Positions 59,409 to 64,000 of a stretch of 64,000 nt of DNA are shown here, piece by piece. Source of the stretch: a candidate division FCPU426 bacterium (GTDB lineage: Bacteria > Oederibacteriota > Muellerivitia > Muellerivitales > Muellerivitaceae); the NCBI GenBank assembly GCA_963796105.1, contig CAWCKJ010000003.1:544001-608000 (forward strand). The letters are read 5' to 3'. A program made the translations under genes and the position numbers. Under the pieces are notes generated by a model. It had not been told where the DNA came from. It made no database searches and worked only from the letters and a program-made list of their open reading frames with translations. Position 1 is the stretch's first letter. Each line of letters begins with the position of its first letter.

Positions 59409-59732
59409 CTAGTCAACATTGGCCTTTTCCCCCGTCAGGAAAAGTTTGTAAATCCAGCAAGTTTCCTCCCAAACCTTATAAACCGCCCGAATGGTGATTT
59501 GCCTGTCTTCGCTATGAACCCAAAAGGTCATGGGATTAAATTGGTCACGGGCTGGAATCGAAAAATAATCAGGGTGGGGCGGGTATTTTCCAAGGAGCTT
59601 CTTGAGCTTTTCGTAAATCTCACCCAATATCTGGCCCTTATCTTTAATGGCCAACATAGATTTCTTCTTGGCTTCAACGCTTGGGAATTCTCGAACAACC
59701 CAATGCTTAACATCTTCCGGCCGAATGTGCAT
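59409..59732 (-). CDS. Hypothetical protein, possible divergent RelE/ParE-fold toxin
   Basis: 107 aa, basic; IRAVYKV...WIYKLF C-terminal strands; precedes the RHH gene. Confidence 0.4.
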   Translation of the reverse strand: MHIRPEDVKHWVVREFPSVEAKKKSMLAIKDKGQILGEIYEKLKKLLGKYPPHPDYFSIPARDQFNPMTFWVHSEDRQITIRAVYKVWEETCWIYKLFLTGEKANVD

Positions 59733-59982
59733 TTCCTATGCTCTCCAAAGTTTAAGGAGTCCTTCGTGTTGATTATATCCATCAAGAATTAACCCGCTAG
59801 TCCCATAAATGAAGCTTTCCGAGAGGCTTGGGCCTGAAACGCTGATCAACCGGTTGGCCGCATCCCATGCATGCCAGCCTTCTATAAAATTTAAGGAGGC
59901 TGATATCGTACCGATTTCCAAATAACTTTATATAAAATCGGCACATCCGTGGCTAAAACTTCTTTCGTCTTTATCTTGATTA

Positions 59983-62367
59983 CTAAGAAATCTGCGCAAG
60001 ATTCAGGACAGCCTGGTAACGGCTTTCCAATCTCGTCCTTAAGAACCGGTTCTCTTCCCGAACCAACCCCGGGTCTTTGGTCACCAGTGCTTGCGCATCC
60101 CTTCTCGCTTCTTCCACCACATCCACATCCCTCTTCAAATCCACGATCCCGCCTTCCCTGCGCCCCGACTGGGCCACGCCAAAAATCTCGCCGGGTCCCC
60201 TCATTTTCAAGTCAAACTCTGACAGCTTGAACCCATCCAGGGTGGAAACCATGATTTTCGTGCGCTCCACGGCTTCGGATGAAATCAATGGTGAAGTCAC
60301 CAGGAAACAATAGGATTGGGCCTCACCCCTCCCCACCCTTCCACGCAATTGGTGCAATTGAGCCAGCCCGAACCTCTCTGAATGCTCCACCACCATAATG
60401 GTGGCGTTGGATATATCCACCCCAACCTCCACAACCGTGGTTGATACCAGGAGCTGGTATTCCTTCCTCAAGAACGCCGCCATGACCCGGTCTTTTTCCT
60501 CTTTCTTCATCTTCCCATGCAACAATCCCACCCGGAACCCGTGGAAAACTTCCTTCTCGAAATAGTGGTGCATCTGGATGGCGGACTTCAGGAACAGCTT
60601 GGATTCCTCCACGACCGGGAAAACCCAGAATGCCTGCTCGCCTTTCAAAAGCCTAGACTTGACGAAATCGTAAACCTCTTGCTTACGGCTTTCGCTTTTC
60701 CAAAAAGTCTGGATGGCTTTTCTCCCCTTTGGGAACTCGTCCAAAACCGACAAATCCGTATCCCCATATTCCGTCAGGACCAATGCCCTTGGAAATGGCG
60801 TGGCCGTCATCATGAGGCAATCGGGCCGTTTCCCCTTCTCCTCCAGCGCGGCCCTTTGGAGAACCCCGAATTTATGGCGCTCGTCGATGACCAGGAAACC
60901 CAGGTTCTGGAATTGGATATCCTCCTCCAAAAGCGCGTGGGTTCCGACCGCCAGGTCAATCTCGCCTGATTTCAACCTGGCCAATGCCTCCCTTTTCGCC
61001 TTGGCCCTCATGTCCCCGGTAAAAAGCAGGATCTTCATCCCCAGGGGTTCCAAAAGGCGCGTCAAGGTTTGGAAATGCTGTTGGGCTAGGATTTCAGTCG
61101 GGGCCATGAAGGCGCTCTGGACTCCCGAGTCAGCCGCGTAGAGGAACGAGATGGCCGCCACCAGGGTCTTGCCGCTTCCCACATCCCCCTGTAAAAGCCG
61201 GTTCATGGGATAGGGCTTGGCCATGTCCTCCCGGATTTCCTTCAGGACTTTTTTCTGGGCCCCGGTCAATTGATAAGGGATGGTTTTCCGGAATTGGAGT
61301 ATTTGGCTTCCCTCAAAAACATACTGCCGTCCCTTTTCGCGCCGCTCGATTTCCCTTCGCTTGAGCAGAAGGAACGATTGGAGAAGCAGAAGCTCGTCAT
61401 AGGCCAGCCTCTTGCGGGATTCCTCGAATCGTTCAAGAGTCTCAGGCTTGTGAATGCCAAGGATGGCGTCGGCGAGCGATATTTTCTCCCTCGGTGTTTT
61501 GTCCCCCGTCTCACGGAGAAGGCCCTCATATTTCCCCAGGACGGAATTGATCGTGTTACGCCAGAAAGCCTGGTTCAAGGTCGGGGTGGAAGGGTACATG
61601 ACGACTACCTTTCCATCCCTCAGGGCCTTTTCCTCCTCCGGCAAAAGGAACTCGAAGGTCTCGCCTTTCCCCACCACCTGCTTTCCCCACTTCGACGATT
61701 GGGGCGCCTCATGGAGGATGACCCAACGGCCATTCACCATTTCTTTTTTGAGGAAGGGCCGGTTGTACCAAATCCAGGCCAAGTGCCCGCTCGCGTCCTC
61801 CAAATTCACCTTCATGGTCTCCCTCTTCCACTGGCTGGTGCTGGAGACCCCGTTGATCCGGGCAAGGATGAAAGCAGGCTCCTCCAGGTTGGCGCATTGG
61901 GCGATGGGCTTGAAGTGGCTCGCATGAAGCGCCCATTTGGGCCCGTAATAAAGCAGGTCTTCCACAGTCTTGAGGCGGGTGAGCTGGAAAGCGCGGGTCT
62001 TATCTTTTGGAATGAAGGGCAAAACCGAGTCGGACAAACTGAGCCTATGGGTCGAAACGGGGGGCGGGACTGGTATGGGCTGGTCCTGCCAGGCCTTGAT
62101 CCTGTCGCAGGCGGAAAGCACCAGCTTTTCCCGCTCCTCTTTGGATAGGGTCATGTACTGCGAAAAGGACCTGCGAAGGTCAAGGAGTTGGGCCTTTAAA
62201 TCAGCCTCAGCGGGGGCGTTCGAGGCCAGTTTGGGGGTAATTTCGTCCAGTCTTTCCAGGATATAGCGGTCCAAACCGCCGACCACGGAACGGTTCAGGT
62301 ACCCCTTTTTTTGTTCCAGAAGCAGGGGTTTCAATAATGGTTTGAGTTTTTGCGCGACCAGCGACAT
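59983..62367 (-). CDS. recG: ATP-dependent DNA helicase RecG
   Basis: MNRLLQGDVGSGKT, IDERHKFG, MTATPFPR, QLHQLRGRVGRG, MRGPGE. Confidence 0.96.
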   Translation of the reverse strand: MSLVAQKLKPLLKPLLLEQKKGYLNRSVVGGLDRYILERLDEITPKLASNAPAEADLKAQLLDLRRSFSQYMTLSKEEREKLVLSACDRIKAWQDQPIPVPPPVSTHRLSLSDSVLPFIPKDKTRAFQLTRLKTVEDLLYYGPKWALHASHFKPIAQCANLEEPAFILARINGVSSTSQWKRETMKVNLEDASGHLAWIWYNRPFLKKEMVNGRWVILHEAPQSSKWGKQVVGKGETFEFLLPEEEKALRDGKVVVMYPSTPTLNQAFWRNTINSVLGKYEGLLRETGDKTPREKISLADAILGIHKPETLERFEESRKRLAYDELLLLQSFLLLKRREIERREKGRQYVFEGSQILQFRKTIPYQLTGAQKKVLKEIREDMAKPYPMNRLLQGDVGSGKTLVAAISFLYAADSGVQSAFMAPTEILAQQHFQTLTRLLEPLGMKILLFTGDMRAKAKREALARLKSGEIDLAVGTHALLEEDIQFQNLGFLVIDERHKFGVLQRAALEEKGKRPDCLMMTATPFPRALVLTEYGDTDLSVLDEFPKGRKAIQTFWKSESRKQEVYDFVKSRLLKGEQAFWVFPVVEESKLFLKSAIQMHHYFEKEVFHGFRVGLLHGKMKKEEKDRVMAAFLRKEYQLLVSTTVVEVGVDISNATIMVVEHSERFGLAQLHQLRGRVGRGEAQSYCFLVTSPLISSEAVERTKIMVSTLDGFKLSEFDLKMRGPGEIFGVAQSGRREGGIVDLKRDVDVVEEARRDAQALVTKDPGLVREENRFLRTRLESRYQAVLNLAQIS

Positions 62368-62567
62368 TCAAGCCTCTGGCTAAAGGGATGGAAGACGCGT
62401 CATCATAGCATTTTCCCCTGGAAACTTGGCCCCAGTAGAAACCTGAAAATACCTGTTAAATTTCCGCGACTTTGCTTATAATGCCGCCCTTGGTCGGCCC
62501 TCCGGAAAGAACATTCGGGGACAGCCTGGGCCACCCATCATATTCTAAAAGTTTGAGGAGAGCTTTC

Positions 62568-62873
62568 ATGGCGCAAGTTTGTGACATCTGTGCGAAGGGC
62601 CCGATCAAGGCCCGTAAGATTACCCGTCGGGGAAAAACCAAAAAATCAGGCGGTATCGGGTTGAACATCACCGGCGTTCATCTCAGGCGCCAAATGGCCA
62701 ATCTGCACGTCATCCGGGCCATGGTCAATGGGAGCCCCAAGAAACTGCTGGTCTGCACCCGTTGTCTTCGTTCGGGAAAGATCACCAAGCGCCCGACGGT
62801 CCGCAAGCCTATCGTCGCAGCGGCCCCAGTAGCGCCGGCCGCTCCCGCAGCTCCAGCCGCAGCCCAAGCCTAG
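62568..62873 (+). CDS. rpmB: 50S ribosomal protein L28 with Ala/Pro-rich tail
   Basis: MAQVCDICAKGP...VCTRCLRSGK; divergent from recG. Confidence 0.93.
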   Translation: MAQVCDICAKGPIKARKITRRGKTKKSGGIGLNITGVHLRRQMANLHVIRAMVNGSPKKLLVCTRCLRSGKITKRPTVRKPIVAAAPVAPAAPAAPAAAQA

Positions 62874-62953
62874 AAACTCTAATTTAAACTGATCCCTGTG
62901 CGGTGCGAAGCACCACTGTGGTTAAGCTGATTTTCCGTTGGTTGTTTTTAGGT

Positions 62954-63358
62954 TTATCGAAGAGCCCTGCCTAGCAGTTTCCAAGTGTTGCCCTTCCAGG
63001 CCCAAACAAAGGTTTCCGAGGAAAAGCTTTGCACGCTTCCCACCTGGAACGTCCAATTCAACTTAACCTTGGCGGTCTTATCGTTGAGCCAGGCCATGGA
63101 GGCGATTTGGCCGCCCGTCAAGGTCGAGCCGTCCACCCAGCTTTTTTTCAAGGCGCTTTCCAAGGCTTCCGGGCTGTCAAAGGTCCCTGCCGTCATCCCG
63201 TAAACCCCGCTCCAATTTCCCTGCACCACCGAGTTGGCGAAATTTTCGGTCATAATCTTCAAAGCTTGTTCCCTCCCCACCTTTTCCTCGGGGGATATGG
63301 AACAACCCACCATTCCAAGGACCAGGATTCCAACCGCGGCCAGCCATAAATTCCTCAT
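62954..63358 (-). CDS. Putative lipoprotein
   Basis: Lipobox-like MVGC after a hydrophobic stretch. Confidence 0.6.
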   Translation of the reverse strand: MRNLWLAAVGILVLGMVGCSISPEEKVGREQALKIMTENFANSVVQGNWSGVYGMTAGTFDSPEALESALKKSWVDGSTLTGGQIASMAWLNDKTAKVKLNWTFQVGSVQSFSSETFVWAWKGNTWKLLGRALR

Positions 63359-63389
63359 AGAAGCGCCTCTTCCGTTTACCAGTTAAAAG

Positions 63390-63845
63390 CTATTTAAGAA
63401 ACTTCTTCTCGATATCCTTTATTTCCTGCACCCGGCGGGCGTGTCGTCCCTTGTCGTCGAATGTAAGGGAGAGCCAATAGTCCGCCAGTTTCAGGTTGGC
63501 CTCGATCGGCAAATCCCGCCCGGCCAAAACCAGGACATTGCAATCGTTGTGGGTTTTCGTGTCATGGGCCATCTTTTCCGACATCACCAGCCCCGCCCGG
63601 ACCCCAGGGACCTTGTTGGCCACGATGGACATGCCCAGCCCGTTGCCGCAAAGCAGGACACCCTGGTCCACCTTTTTTTGCGCCACGGCTTCGGCGACTT
63701 TCTCGGCGTAAACGGGATAATCGTCATTGGGATCGATCTTGACCGCACCGCAATCCAGCACCTCATGGCCTGACGCCTTGAAATGCTTGATGAGCGCCTC
63801 CCTTGCGTCGAATCCGGCGTGGTCGGCCCCAATTGCGATTTTCAT
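63390..63845 (-). CDS. rpiB: Ribose-5-phosphate isomerase B
   Basis: IGADHAG, DDYP, LCGNGLG, ANKVPGVRA, GRHARRV. Confidence 0.93.
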   Translation of the reverse strand: MKIAIGADHAGFDAREALIKHFKASGHEVLDCGAVKIDPNDDYPVYAEKVAEAVAQKKVDQGVLLCGNGLGMSIVANKVPGVRAGLVMSEKMAHDTKTHNDCNVLVLAGRDLPIEANLKLADYWLSLTFDDKGRHARRVQEIKDIEKKFLK

Positions 63846-63854
63846 TTTCTCCCC

Positions 63855-64000
63855 TTAAGCCTGGCCGAATCGGCCGGCGGATTTTAAAAGATAAGTTTCC
63901 ATCTGCCCCAGCACCCTCCGGTAAGCCTCCAAAGGCTGGCCTATCGGGTCCTCGACATCCTCCTGCCCCATCCCCGCGAACTCGGAAAAAAGAAAAACCT
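63855..64000 (-). CDS. Low-molecular-weight protein phosphatase (YwlE/PtpA-like), C-terminal part
   Basis: Manual translation VFLFSEFAGMGQEDVEDPIGQPLEAYRRVLGQ...*; DPxG loop; usual position upstream of rpiB. Confidence 0.75.
   Translation of the reverse strand, partial: VFLFSEFAGMGQEDVEDPIGQPLEAYRRVLGQMETYLLKSAGRFGQA

Noticed and set aside
58681..60172. Diversity-generating retroelement TR/VR pair for the recG or MFS repeats
   Set aside because: Differences are mostly synonymous third-position changes of all base types, not adenine-specific, and no reverse transcriptase is present

Overview
Bacterial chromosomal window, moderately GC-rich, with mostly minus-strand genes. It comes from a diderm organism. 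PorV-like barrels and a Thr/Pro-rich protein with a C-terminal Ig domain tentatively suggest an FCPU426/Elusimicrobia-like lineage; this was not verified. Housekeeping content: purA; rplU-rpmA-obgE-proB...nadD-rsfS; rsmD-coaD, yceD-rpmF-plsX-fabHDG-acpP-fabF-rnc-maf; recG, rpmB, rpiB; tRNA-Lys(UUU) and tRNA-Gly(CCC). About 22 kb of accessory DNA separates recG from rsmD. Main observations: (1) two fluoride (crcB-class) riboswitches, one leading a cation:proton antiporter and one leading a dynamin-like GTPase-TPR-DUF6062 unit, a candidate undescribed fluoride-stress membrane system; (2) a PorV / TPR / TPR-PD40 lipoprotein / PorV-Ig-OmpA envelope locus plus a possible C-terminal-domain cargo protein, resembling a rearranged type IX secretion module; (3) two stranded, synonymously diverged gene 3' ends (recG, MFS) flanking cargo, pointing to repeated 3'-end-replacement insertions; (4) an orphan terminator in a GGGA-starting purA leader, suggesting pyrG-like reiterative-transcription attenuation; (5) a helically phased multi-family repeat field interrupted by an intact IS21 element; (6) a lidless DnaK with a J-TPR partner where proA usually lies. 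All family calls come from motifs read by eye; no database search was run.
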